From NCBI GenBank assembly GCA_046563655.1, contig CM102288.1, forward strand, positions 2,852,001-2,916,000: a stretch of DNA of 64,000 nucleotides. The letters run 5' to 3'. The position numbers and the translations under genes are program-made. A model generated the notes under the pieces. The model saw nothing but the letters and a program-made list of their open reading frames with translations, was not told where the DNA came from and ran no database searches. Below are positions 13,054 to 24,480 of this stretch, in pieces. This DNA is from Yuukianura sp. NJ FZ-2021. Taxonomy: Eukaryota. Position 1 is the stretch's first letter; each line of letters starts with the position of its first letter.

Positions 13054-14012
13054 CGGATTCCTGAGGTCGCATCGAATTTTTGGAAGCATGGTCGTTGTAA
13101 CAGCTTGTTTCAAGTTCGTCAAACTTGACGAATTCTTACACTTTTCTATTGTGTGACCGCGTGACCTGATTGACCTTTATGCCTTTTTATGCTCTTAGTT
13201 TACAAAAAAACGTGACAACTTGAAAGCAACTAAGATTTGAGTAAGAAAAACAAGCTAACGATTGTTTCTTTTTATGTCTCTAGTGAAAGCGAGCTTTCAC
13301 CAAAGATTTGTGGGGGCACATCATCAAATGTCCTCCTGTGGTGAAATTTGGCATCGGGTTGCAAAAATTTCGAAACTTTCTCTTTCATTCTTTTCCAATT
13401 TTGAAAAAGAAAGAATCAAAAGTGTAGCTTACAGATTGAAAGCATTACGAATTCTAAATAAAGCTGGTGTTTATCTGTACCTCCAATTCAACATGGCCCT
13501 CCTCTTTTGAAATTTTAGCACCCAATCCGCCATTGTGTTCTCGCAATGTTTTTTTTTTTTTTGCAATGTTGCAAAAATGCTAACTAAACTGCGGCTGTAT
13601 AAATTCTTCGTTGTTGTCTGTTCCTCTAACTGTAACTTCCGCCTTGCACTGACACCGGAATTTGCCAGTGGCAAGTCCTGGGCCCAAAATTTGCAAAACA
13701 GCAAATTCATCATTGTAATTTTTAGGCAGTAAAACTCACACTGAAATTCGAAATGTCATTGTCCTTTTACGCAGAACAAAAGTTTCTAAATAAAAGAAAA
13801 AAATTTCAGGTTTGTTTTTTCATTTTTTTGTTCTGCAACATTTTCATGCCAGATAAAAATTCGACTTTATTTTTGCCGATAATTTCTGTTTTTATATCAA
13901 GCATATGTATGTTTTTCAGAGGGATCTCTGGGTGCATTAGGCACAAAGAGGATCACGGCGATGAGGCGCACTATCGGGCCTATTTCGCTCTCTCCGTAAC
14001 ACCAATTTAATT

Positions 14013-17000
14013 TCAGGGATTAACTCTCCCACCTCTAACTTTCGCTCTATTTAGTTGTCGGAGGAATTCCGTTAGTTCAGAGAGAGAAGTATTTTTAAGA
14101 TCCTCTTTTCTCAAGAGGTATATCCCAAAAGCCTTGAGTCTTGGGTTCATGTGTGCCTCACATTCCATCAGTAGGTGATCGCGAGTCTCTTCCTTATATC
14201 CACAGTGTGGACATAACGGCGATTCCGCGACTCCCATCCTGTGGAGGTGTTTGGCATATTGTCCATGTCCTGTGATCAATGCTGTAAGAGATTTTAGATC
14301 TGCTCTATTCAGTTTTAAGCAGTGTTTAGCATTTTTAGCACATATTGTTGTAAGTACTTTTTTGGAGTCTGTACATCCTTGTTGTGCTTGCCATCTTTTT
14401 GCATGGCAGGTTCTGGCATAGTCCCTGATTTCAGTTACTATTGTACTGTATGGGATTGGTAATATCGGTTCTGGCCCGACAAATTTTGTGTAAGCAGCCG
14501 CCTTCGCTAAGCTGTCTACTATTTCGTTGCCTACATATCCACTATGTGCTGGTATCCAGTTAACATTTACTGGGCACATCAAATTAATTTTGTTAAGAGT
14601 TCTGTGGGATTCGTAGATGAGGGTTGTACTCTCATCACTTTTGCCCATTAGGCTTTTCACAACTCCTTGGTTGTCTATGTATATTTCTACGAGTGTAATG
14701 TGCTTATATTCTTGTTTGTCTGCAGACAGTGTGTTTTCAAGCCAAGTGGCGGCTGAGAGTAGTGCGTACGCCTCAGCCTGAAAGACACTTGTTCTGTATC
14801 CAAGTGGATGGATTTCACTTTGGAGTATTGCGTTTCCATTGAGCACTACATAGGCAGCGCCAGCGGAGTTTATTTTTGATCCGTCGGTAAAGATCTGGAG
14901 AACCTCAGCGCTACGCTTCGGCTCCCCGTCTCTTTCCCAGAGTTTACGGTTTTTTATTATTATATTGTATTTTGGTTCTGTTTTATTCATTATTTTTGTT
15001 TCGATTGGGAGCAGGAGAAGTGGAAGTTTATTTTTCCATTCCTCACATTGTTTTATGTGTGTATTTCTTTTCAGTAGCCCCATCGATTTCCATGGTAGCC
15101 AATCTTTGTGTTCAATCAACCTTAGCATTGTTTTAATGCATAGTGTCATGATATGCAGGTCAATTGGGCGTATGTCAATAATACACTCCATACTCGCAGT
15201 TGGTGTGGAACGCATTGCCCCTGTTATGTTGAGCAGTGCTCCCCTTTGCACCTTTTGCAATATGGCTAATGTATTTTGTTTAGTCACTGCCGTCGCCCAG
15301 CAGACACACGCATGCGTGATCCTTGGTCGAACTATAGCAGTGTATATCCAGTGGCATATTTTGGGATTGAGACCCCAAGTTGGGGATATCGCTCTCTTAC
15401 ACTGATGTAGAGTGATAGTTCCTGCAAGTGTTTTTGTCTTACAGTGTTTTGACCATGTCAGTTTTGAATCAAGCCATACACCAAGGTGCTTGACTACCTT
15501 GTTGTAAGGGATGCTTATACTATTCAGTTGTAGTTTAGAGTTTGGTATTTTTCTACTGTTTGTGAATAGTACGGCTTCGATTTTATTGGGGTTGATCCCC
15601 AATCGTACCGTTTTGCACCATTTATCAACAGCGTTCAGACCTTGCTGCATTATGTTTATAAGGGTCGACATATCCTTACCACATTGTAGCAAGGAAACGT
15701 CATCCGCAAACCCTTGCGTGTTTATCTGAGGGAATTTAATCTTTAGTATATACAGTAGTTCATCTAGAACCATATTCCACAGAAGTGGAGAAAGAACTCC
15801 CCCTTGTGGACATCCCTTCTGTACAGTCCTGCGTATAGCTTTTCCATTTAGTTCACTGTATACAGTTCTATTTGTTAACATTGACGATATCCATTTGATA
15901 ACCGTCTTGTTAATTTTGAATCGATCTAGTGCTTGGAGCATAGATTTGAATGTTGCTGCTGAGAACGCCCCCTCTATATCCAGGAACATGCCTAAAGCAT
16001 GCTCACTGGATTTTAGTGAGCGCTCAATTCTGCCCACCAGGTTGTGCAGGGCAGAGTCGCAGCTACGTCCTTTAAGGTAGGCATATTGTCCATTTTGTTC
16101 TAGCTTGGCTACAACATCAGGTGTTTTGATATAATTATTTATCAGTTTTTCAATAACTTTTAAGAGGAATGATGTCAGTGTAATAGGCCTCCAGGATCCA
16201 ACTTTAGTGTAGCTGTCTTTTCCTGGTTTCGGTATGAAAACTACCCTAGCCACTTTCCACAATCTTGGAGTGTATCCAAGTTGTAAACAGGCTCGGGCTA
16301 TTAAGTTAAGATATTTTATCATTTTTAGTGGAGCTTTTTGTAGTAAAGCTGGAAATATATTGTCTGGCCCAGGGCTCTTGTATGCCTGGAAACTGTTTAT
16401 GCATGCTAGTATTTTTGAATCACTAACAATTTTGTCGATGGTCTCGGTGTCATGTGACGGTCCATCAGTATTGTAACTTATGCCCGCTAACTCACTTTGA
16501 GCAAGCGGGTCATTAGGAAAATGATGATTTAGGAGGCAATCTAAAGTTGCTTCTGGTGAGGCAGTATAACTACCATTCTCTAGCTGTATGGGACCCAAAG
16601 CTATGACTCTGTCCCCAGCTAGTATTTTGGTTGCCCTGGAGGCCTGTGGAACTTTTTCCACTTGACTGCAATAGTCTCTCCAGGCTCTGCGCTTTTCATT
16701 TCGCAGTTCTGCATTGTATTTATTGCGTGAATCCTGGTACAGCACCCAAGATTCGTATGAATAATTATTTTGTTGCGTTAGACGATGTAGCTTTCTGGAA
16801 GCTTTCCTCATTAATGTGAGGGTTGGCGTCCAATAGCTTTTCGTTGGTCCAGTTTTGCGTACCCGTTTTAACGGGCAGCTTCTTTCAAAGCATTTTGTTA
16901 GAATTTCAGTGACAGTATTAACTGCCCTATCGGTTTGCTCAACATTTGTTGGTTGAGTCATTTCCACATTCTGAAGTTCCTCCTCAACTAAAAAGTTGTA

Positions 17001-17804
17001 GTAGTCAAATTCAGTTTTTCTTTTGTTTCGGTAAAATTCATTTTTGGGGCTTTCTAGACCAAGTTCCCATTTTATGTATCTATGGTCAGAGAAGGACTCT
17101 TCGTCCCCTACCCTCCATTTTGTTATTAACCCAAGAACTTCAGTTGAAGCAATGGTGAGGTCAATTACCTCCCTTCTGCTTCTTGTAACAAAAGTTGGTT
17201 TATGTCCTTTGTTTACTACGTGTAAATCGTTCTGTTCTAGAAGATCTAGTAATTGTTCACCCCTTGAATTACTGTCAGTGCTACCCCATAGCACGTGATG
17301 TGCGTTTGAGTCGCAGCCAATAATCAGTGGTAATTCAGCTTTTTTGCAATATTGAATTAGTTTTGTTACAGTTGCAGACTCTACTGTACCATCGTAAGGA
17401 AAATATATGGAAGCTAATACTAATTCGCTGCCACCGCAAGTTAGTTTAATAGCCATACAGTCTTTGTCTGATATGTCTAGTATAGGCCAAACGTCTAACC
17501 CATCCGATACTACCACGCATGCGCGCGGCCTTTCGCCAGATTTGACGTAATAACAGCCTTTTTTATCCAAATAGCACACGCTATCCTTTCGTGTCGTTGG
17601 CTCCTGTATGAGAGCTACGTAAGTACCCTCATACATTAGCATTCTGCATAGCGAAGAGGCCGCCGCAGCTGCCCTATGCAAATTGATTTGAGTTATGCAA
17701 ATTCTTTTGCATTTAAGTGTCATATTTTCAGCGTGTAAAGAAGCGGTGGGTTCAACGTTACTACTTTGTGATGCTCTTGTCATCCTATTCCAGTAATATT
17801 CCAT
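14013..17804 (-). CDS. Retrotransposon ORF2: AP-endonuclease + reverse transcriptase + RNase H + C-terminal CCHC zinc knuckle
   Basis: APE motifs: QINLHRA, ALIQEP, IIGCDSNAHHVLWGS, IDLT, SDH. RT motifs: SPGPD, WRPITLTS, FLDIEGAF, GCPQGGVLSPLLW, FADD. RNase H motifs: IFTDGSK, SVFQAE, WIPAHSGYVGNEIVD. Zinc knuckle: CPHC...HLLMEC. The ORF is 1263 aa without stops. Confidence 0.96.
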   Translation of the reverse strand: MEYYWNRMTRASQSSNVEPTASLHAENMTLKCKRICITQINLHRAAAAASSLCRMLMYEGTYVALIQEPTTRKDSVCYLDKKGCYYVKSGERPRACVVVSDGLDVWPILDISDKDCMAIKLTCGGSELVLASIYFPYDGTVESATVTKLIQYCKKAELPLIIGCDSNAHHVLWGSTDSNSRGEQLLDLLEQNDLHVVNKGHKPTFVTRSRREVIDLTIASTEVLGLITKWRVGDEESFSDHRYIKWELGLESPKNEFYRNKRKTEFDYYNFLVEEELQNVEMTQPTNVEQTDRAVNTVTEILTKCFERSCPLKRVRKTGPTKSYWTPTLTLMRKASRKLHRLTQQNNYSYESWVLYQDSRNKYNAELRNEKRRAWRDYCSQVEKVPQASRATKILAGDRVIALGPIQLENGSYTASPEATLDCLLNHHFPNDPLAQSELAGISYNTDGPSHDTETIDKIVSDSKILACINSFQAYKSPGPDNIFPALLQKAPLKMIKYLNLIARACLQLGYTPRLWKVARVVFIPKPGKDSYTKVGSWRPITLTSFLLKVIEKLINNYIKTPDVVAKLEQNGQYAYLKGRSCDSALHNLVGRIERSLKSSEHALGMFLDIEGAFSAATFKSMLQALDRFKINKTVIKWISSMLTNRTVYSELNGKAIRRTVQKGCPQGGVLSPLLWNMVLDELLYILKIKFPQINTQGFADDVSLLQCGKDMSTLINIMQQGLNAVDKWCKTVRLGINPNKIEAVLFTNSRKIPNSKLQLNSISIPYNKVVKHLGVWLDSKLTWSKHCKTKTLAGTITLHQCKRAISPTWGLNPKICHWIYTAIVRPRITHACVCWATAVTKQNTLAILQKVQRGALLNITGAMRSTPTASMECIIDIRPIDLHIMTLCIKTMLRLIEHKDWLPWKSMGLLKRNTHIKQCEEWKNKLPLLLLPIETKIMNKTEPKYNIIIKNRKLWERDGEPKRSAEVLQIFTDGSKINSAGAAYVVLNGNAILQSEIHPLGYRTSVFQAEAYALLSAATWLENTLSADKQEYKHITLVEIYIDNQGVVKSLMGKSDESTTLIYESHRTLNKINLMCPVNVNWIPAHSGYVGNEIVDSLAKAAAYTKFVGPEPILPIPYSTIVTEIRDYARTCHAKRWQAQQGCTDSKKVLTTICAKNAKHCLKLNRADLKSLTALITGHGQYAKHLHRMGVAESPLCPHCGYKEETRDHLLMECEAHMNPRLKAFGIYLLRKEDLKNTSLSELTEFLRQLNRAKVRGGRVNP

Positions 17805-17957
17805 GAGATAACCACCGCTTCAATTATGTGTATTGTTCGACAGTTATTGCTACAGTTAGTTTTTATGTAATTTTTATTGCGATGTACTTTAGTACAAAGT
17901 AGGAAAACTATTATGCAGTTTTGTTGGTTCGAAGATAGAACTGAGTGGCCTATACAA

Positions 17958-18986
17958 TTATTCCGTAGCAGCATCAGTGGCTTCTACTTCACCTCCTTGG
18001 GGGGCTGCTTTGGTGCGTCTTAGATCAAGACGTCGCAGCCCAAAGTATGGCCGAAACTTCAGTTCTTCTTCAAGTACCTTCATAGAGTTTGAGTCCGCAT
18101 CAACAAAAATAGTGTGACCTGGCGGGCCTTTCTGTGAGGGAATGGGTTTTCGCCATCTCCATTTTTGACATTCAAGTCCAGGATTCTGCGTTTTCAATGC
18201 TTCTAGGAATTCTTGAGAAGCCGGAGCGTTTCCTGCAATCCAGCACCATAGTCTCGTGAGATTCAATTCGGGTACTTGAGAGGGATCAACACCTTCATAA
18301 GTTCCACCAAGTATTTTCTGTAATTTAGTCTTGATCCACTCTGCTGAGTTGCTGTCGGCACATATAAATCTGCCTCGACCCCCAGAGATGAACCGACATT
18401 CTTCAATTCTGACTGCTGTTTGTCTTTCCGCAAGAATTTCAATTTCCAGAACAGCCTTGAGCCCAACGTAATCGCTGTACTGCATAGCTGCATCGTGATC
18501 AGCACGAATTACTGAGAATACAGTTTTTGTAAAATCCAGTTGTCTCACAGTTTCTGGCATTCGTTTTTTCAACGGAGGTTCTGTTGGTAGTGGAGAGGAA
18601 GTTGAGCCTCGCTTGGTTCCACCTGATGTTGATAGCTTTTCTGTACGAAGATTCGGATTATCGGTATTCATTTCAGTTTTAGAAACTCCCTTGTCATGGA
18701 TTCTGTTGATCAGGCGAGCCTCATGAAAAGCTTTCCGTTCGGCCTTTGAGAAGGTCTTTTTTATCGATTTTTTGTCTGGTTGTTCTGCAGTGCTGATTTG
18801 AAGTCCCTTCAACGTACCGCTGATTGACTTCTCAGTAGGTCTGGATTTTGGTTCTCCATTTGCGGTCGTAGTTTGTGCTTCCACAAACACGTCATCATCG
18901 GTCTCGTCGACTTTACAGGCATCTTCGTCTTCCGAAGTATGAAGAAGTTCATCTTCATCAACGTTGACTATCGGTGTGTTTGACAT
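17958..18986 (-). CDS. Retrotransposon ORF1 (gag-like; DUF4780-like as seen in LOA-clade elements)
   Basis: The likely start is MSNTPIVNVDEDELL (ATG at 18986) within a longer open frame reaching 19487. An acidic, low-complexity N-terminus precedes a domain with ...FICADSNSAEWIK...LKTQNPGLECQKWR.... It lies upstream of ORF2, inside the TSDs. The domain name is from recall, not a search. Confidence 0.75.
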   Translation of the reverse strand: MSNTPIVNVDEDELLHTSEDEDACKVDETDDDVFVEAQTTTANGEPKSRPTEKSISGTLKGLQISTAEQPDKKSIKKTFSKAERKAFHEARLINRIHDKGVSKTEMNTDNPNLRTEKLSTSGGTKRGSTSSPLPTEPPLKKRMPETVRQLDFTKTVFSVIRADHDAAMQYSDYVGLKAVLEIEILAERQTAVRIEECRFISGGRGRFICADSNSAEWIKTKLQKILGGTYEGVDPSQVPELNLTRLWCWIAGNAPASQEFLEALKTQNPGLECQKWRWRKPIPSQKGPPGHTIFVDADSNSMKVLEEELKFRPYFGLRRLDLRRTKAAPQGGEVEATDAATE

Positions 18987-20465
18987 TACGGTCAGATTTC
19001 TGTAAGAAAAGTTCGGTATGTAGTACTGTTTTTTATTTATGTCTGATTTGCCAATACATATCCAATCATACTCAGATACACAACCACTCGGGTTTTGTGA
19101 TCGATTTACCCACATCAGCATGGTAACCAGTATGGGACTCATCGTTCCCCTAATTCCATGGACATGTGCCTCATCAATCAACCCAGAGCTGATTTGTTCT
19201 TCGTTAATTGAATATTCAGTAATGGGTTCATCATTTGTATGTTTAAGGTAATTTTTACATGTATTTCTTATGAGTGTTGCAAAAGGACACCTATGGTGCA
19301 CACCATCACCCGTTAAGACTTTCGTCTTTCGGGTCATTGTGACCCCCTTATGACCTTTGATACATTGTTTTGTTAACTTACCTCCGGAACGTGTCGGGCT
19401 GGTCCTCGTGACAGTTGATTCCGAGTGGTGAAGTCCTTTTTTCGGGTTAATTAATTCATTTAATTGCGGACCGCAATTAAAGCACATCTGTTGCCTTTGA
19501 AATCCAAATTGGCGCTTTTATATCAAGCAAGAAAATAATTAATTTTTATACGGCGCCTTAGTCTAATTGTAGTAAACAAAAATTTTCAGTCTTTTTTAGT
19601 TTCAAAATTTTGAAAAACACATTAGTTTTCAAATACATAAGTACACATTATGCATGGCCCTGGCCCATCCTCCATCGGTCGGTTCATGTTGCAAAACATT
19701 CTTGCATTTAATTTCAAAAAGAAAGATCTTCAAAGTTTATGAAAAATTTGAGCCATTTCAATTTTTTTTTTGTATTCGCTTGTACTAAAACCTCACCGCC
19801 TGCTTTGTTTTTTGCACATTCAGCATTTGAGTCGACCAAGATGGAAATGAGGTTCAGCAAAAAATTTGACAGCAAAAGATGAATAATTTCCTCTCATTTT
19901 ACAAAAGTTACAAACAAAAAAAAAACGAAAATTCGAAGCATGGTGTTTGCAATTTGAAACAAGAAAAAAACATTTTTGGATTTTATTTTATTTCACTGAA
20001 ATTCTATTTCGAAAGAAAGACAGGAGAGTTAAATCTAATTCTACTTTTAGTATTGTTTAATTCTAACAAGTCCATTCATTTTTCGTTCTTCTTTCATTTT
20101 TTCCTACCACATTTAAAATTTGAAGAGAATTTTTCAAAATTTAGGATTATGCGGAACTTTAAAGGACAAACACCAACGTTTGTAAACAAAAAATCCCTTA
20201 AGAGAAGATGATTGGTTGTCAAGGAAGCTTGGACAAACACATTTTTCAAATTCTAAAAAATGTATATTCTTCTAGACATGCCTACTACACACTTTGAGTT
20301 TTCGAATTTGAAAAGAATAGACACAAATATTCTGCAGAGTTCCATTTATTAAGATGGTTCTGGTGGAACTGTTAAGTAATTCCAGGTGAACTAGCCTAAG
20401 TTAACTCTGTTGTTAGGTGAAGTTAACCTAATCTAAATTAGCCTTTTTGTTCAGGTTATGCCAAT

Positions 20466-22398
20466 CTAACCGAAACAACTGACAGCATTGAATGCACACA
20501 TCTTCCAGTAGTTCCCATTGTTCCGTTTGCGTTGTTGTTGTTGTTGAAGGAATGAATTGGCTTCAATCTGTTGCTTCATTCTCCGAATCATGTTTTTCGT
20601 GTACAGGTAATTCAGAAGAGCATTTTCCATGGAAGCCGCGGAGTCATCTCCAACATTCTAAGGGAAAATGTATGAGATTAATTAGGCTAATTAATTATTA
20701 ACCCAACGCCTACGTTTTACCAAAGAAATTAGACTATTATTAACCTAATCCGTTAAAGTTTTTGGCATAAGAAACTTCGGCCTTAATTCAGTTAAGGTTT
20801 GGCTCAATTTAATTCGATTTAACATCAACTGTCACTTTCTCCGCTTTCTCCCCGAAACTTCAGAATTCAAATTTCATTAGATTTTGAAAAATTTTGAGTC
20901 GGTTTTTCGTAGAAACCAGGCAAGTCGTGTATAAAATTTTCACTCTAATTTCCTAAAATGCTGTTGCATTTGACATCTTACTTTTTTTCACGTAGTAAAT
21001 GGCCGGTTTTGCTCAAAGAGCAGAACAAAACACGGAAAAAATTTGTTTTAAAAAGACGACTTTTTGTTTGAAATGATACAAGCATGAAGCGTTCTAGCTT
21101 CCAAAGATACAAGAAGTTTTCATAGTTGTAGTTAGCTTGAAAATTTAAGTTACTATCTGAAATTCTTTTGTCGTTTGTTATTATCTGAAATCCTATCAGG
21201 ATTGATTCTGTTTGAACAAGAACATAGTTAAAAACTTCAAAGAATTTCAAAATCCTTAAAGCTCTTGAGCTACTTGTTTTTGGAAAAGATTACCTTGAGT
21301 TCTAGTGACTAAAGCACCTTCTTACGTTTACATTTGCAATAATTAACGAAATCAAGATTGAAATCGTCAGCCATTTATTTACACTGCAGTTGACATTTTT
21401 AATTTAGAGAAGCAACAAAAACAAGATTATAATCAAATCCAGTTCAGTGCTTTCTCTTTTCAGCAAAAACTGAAGATTAAATCCAGTTCAAGGTTTTTTC
21501 TTTGAAAAAAAGTCTGTTTTCGAAATTTCTTCCAAAAAGTTAATTTTCTCCCAAGCTATTCTGAACAGACAAAACACACCCACGCTAACCTGAGGGTATC
21601 TTCAAAGCAGATATTTTTTCAAAAACTTGAAACTATTTTCAAAAACTAGACAAAAACCACAACTCATAGTCTTGCGGTTTTCGCACACCTTCGCATTACC
21701 TTTCTGTTTTTGAAGTTTGGAATTTGCAAAAGTTTTTGAAATTCCTTTTGACCTAAATGCTTCGAAGAATTTCTTTGTGTTTCTGTTTCTGAAATTTTTA
21801 AGGCCAAGTTTCATTAGGTTAAGAAAAGATCTAAGAAAGTTAGGCTAACCTTGCGGTTAGGCTACTAAACCTAACCATTTTCATTTACTCTCCAAGTCCA
21901 TTGAGGCTTAACCTTCTCACACCACCACAAAATTCTTTGATCAACAAAACTTAAAAGAGAATCCAAAAATTTACAAAATTATGAACAGTAGGAGAAAGTC
22001 GCATGTGGTTTTATGACCTCTGACCTCAACTCTTAATCCATTTTGTCTGTTCCTACACACACAGTAGGACTTGAGTGCTTTCCCTCATTTTCGTCAATTA
22101 TTTATATTACATTATTAATTATTTATAATACATTAACTTCTGTTTTACTTACAAGATCTCCAACGCCCGTTCCAGCATCGAAAACGATCCCTCCGATTGC
22201 CTTTCCCTCCAGTTCAGCTACAGATTGTGGTTGGTTAAGATCTGGAGAGGTGCTGCTTGGACCCCCAGAGGGCCCTCCAGCACTTCCTGGATTGAGGAGA
22301 GCTTGAAATGGGAAGTCATGCTGTCCAATACTTTTGGCTTGACAGAGACCCAGGGCCAAGATGACCACCAATCCGCACTCGCTCATCCATCCACACAT
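20466..22398 (-). CDS. AstCCC: Allatostatin CCC (triple C) neuropeptide precursor, 2 coding exons (22398-22153, 20657-20466), 145 aa
   Basis: Exon 1 encodes a signal peptide (MCGWMSECGLVVILALGLCQA) and ends at a GTAAGT donor. Exon 2 follows ttttcccttag and reads NVGDDSAASMENALLNYLYTKNMIRRMKQQIEANSFLQQQQQ-RKR-NNGNYWKMCAFNAVSCF-G*. It has the CAFNAVSCF-amide hallmark and an ALLNYL pro-region motif. Confidence 0.92.
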
Positions 22399-22553
22399 GA
22401 TTGGTGCAGTTTGATTTCGTCTGACTTTTGAATTTCTTAAAGATTGACCTTTGACCGGAATGTCCTGCCTAGGGTGGTCACTTTGGTCACTTACAGAAGG
22501 TGTTTAGTGGACAAGGAGGGAAGAATAGAGAGAAAGTTGCACAGTGAGAGCCC

Positions 22554-22562
22554 TTTTATATA
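22554..22562 (-). promoter_or_regulatory. Candidate TATA box for AstCCC
   Basis: The minus strand reads ggTATATAAAAggg, about 155 bp upstream of the AstCCC ATG. Confidence 0.5.
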
Positions 22563-24480
22563 CCTGGAAGGAATCCCTGACTCGAAGGTTCCAGTCTCTG
22601 GAAGCAGAAAGGCTGGCAAATAACAATGGATCTTATTGCGCATCCCTTTCGGTCTCTTTTGTCTTTTTACAAAGAAAAGCCGCACGTTTACACGAAGCCA
22701 CACTTTCACTTGATGCTTCCTTACTTTCACTAAATGCTAACCTGTCCTGTCCTAACTAAATCCTAACCTGTCCTCACACCCTTGGGTTGACGCAACCCTC
22801 TCTCAATATCCTTTCAATCAATCATAACTCAAAATTCATTTCAGCTCTTCATTTTGGCATTTCGGGATCAAATCTAAGCTATTCCGAAAACAGTTTTTGG
22901 TTGACGTACTTCATCAAGAATTATTTTTCAGAAAAAACTAAGGCGTGATTGACACAAGTCGCAGCCTTTGATGTAATGTACAGAGACATTTTTAATTAAG
23001 TGAAAGCTAAAAAGTTTTTAACTAGAAAACACCAAAGTTTTTTAAATTTTTGCCGAAACGTTTTGAAAATTCGCTTTGTACTGTTTCAGATTAGGGTGAA
23101 AGTAAGCTTTCTCCGATTGACGCAATTTGTTGGCCCTGTGCCCAAAACCTTTGTCTCTTGCGCTTTGTAAATGATTATTGTGAGGCTAAAACCCAGTTTA
23201 CGGAGGTGTAGTGTTAAAAATTGATAAACCTTTGTCGTTAACCTTAATAAGGTGACTTTTCAATACGAAGTAGAGTGGACATTATTAGAGTTGGTAAAAA
23301 GAGAAAACGAATGCTTCCCAACTAACAACTCATCATAGTTCAGAATTATTCAAAAACCCTGTTATCCTCTAATCCGATTTTTGATTCTAATTCATTTCGT
23401 TCTGTAATCCCCGAACTTCCTAAACTTATCGTTAGTGGAGAAAGTTGCATGGAAATGAGCCAAAAGTGAATAGACCGCAAAAATATTAATTAAATATTCC
23501 ATTTCATCCTGGATACCGTCAACTTCCATTGCTAATTCCAAAACTAGAACTGGAATGAAGCGGAGAAAGTCAAAAATATATTCATTAGTTACATACTACA
23601 TTTTTGGAAAATTCGTGAAGGAAACGTATGACGTAATTGAGAAAATTTCAATTTCAAATTTTTTTTTGTTCTAATTTGCTTTCACTCCACTCCATTAGTA
23701 CAACCCAACTTCAAACCATTTGTGAACGTTGTGACCAAAGTTTTAGCCTAACAACTAACAGTCTAAGACCCTAACCTGAATGGATCCTGTCTAAGTTAGG
23801 GTTATTGTAAGGTACTGTAATGTAAGAATGCAAAATAGTATTTGACAAGCTGAGAGCTTGATGTTCCTAGAGTTTTTAAAAGTTTTTTTTGTGTTTCCCA
23901 CGAAATTCAAGGAAAAAAAATGGAAAGAAAAAGCTCATTTCCACCTGGAAAATTGGGGTTTTTGCGTTTCTTCCGGAATTTCCTTTCTCTGCTCCTTCCT
24001 TTTCATCCACATAAGTCGTAATTGGGCATAGAAATTTGACATTTGGATTTTCCCGTGAAACACAAAAGCATTCACATTCCCAGTCTGTCCTGTCGTATTA
24101 TTTTTACTTTCTTCCCACTGTGCCTGTCCTCCCTTCCAGGAACTTCCATGAACGTAAAAGACAGTTTCAATATCCGTTTGAGCGCGACTTTCTCTGGGGA
24201 AAGTAGCTTTTTCTTCTTTTGCAGATGAGGGGTGCGTTGGGAGAATCTGAGCCTAATAACTCAATGAAAATGGAAAACCAACAGACTGGGTGCGTTTGGG
24301 CATCACGGGGGAACATTTTTCTCAAAAACTTTCTCCTTTTGGCTAAACTTTCACTTGAGTTCCATCCTCCAGTTGAGGATTAGACTTTGAAAGGAAGGAA
24401 GATTCTGAGTTAAAGTCAAAATTTGGAAACAATTAGCATTTAGACGCTACTTGGGAGTATTTTGGAGTAGTAGTTTAGTC

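Larger units (their letters stand above)
13904..19515 (-). mobile_element. Full-length non-LTR retrotransposon (LINE), LOA/Lian-like clade, about 5.6 kb
   Basis: An identical 14-bp TSD, ttttatatcaagca, sits at 13890-13903 and 19516-19529. Both ORFs are uninterrupted and lack introns. The element-strand 3' end is ...aaaaacatacata. Confidence 0.93.

Noticed and set aside
13471..13713. GC-richer exon-like patches flanking the LINE (also about 19640-19860), suggesting a gene interrupted by the insertion
   Set aside because: No recognisable protein similarity and no consistent spliced frame.
19081..19200. Hammerhead-like TGATGAG core in the LINE leader
   Set aside because: No properly placed GAAA or three-stem junction could be built.
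20330..23810. Scattered TTAGG/CCTAA motifs resembling arthropod telomeric repeat
   Set aside because: Dispersed and degenerate, never a true tandem array.
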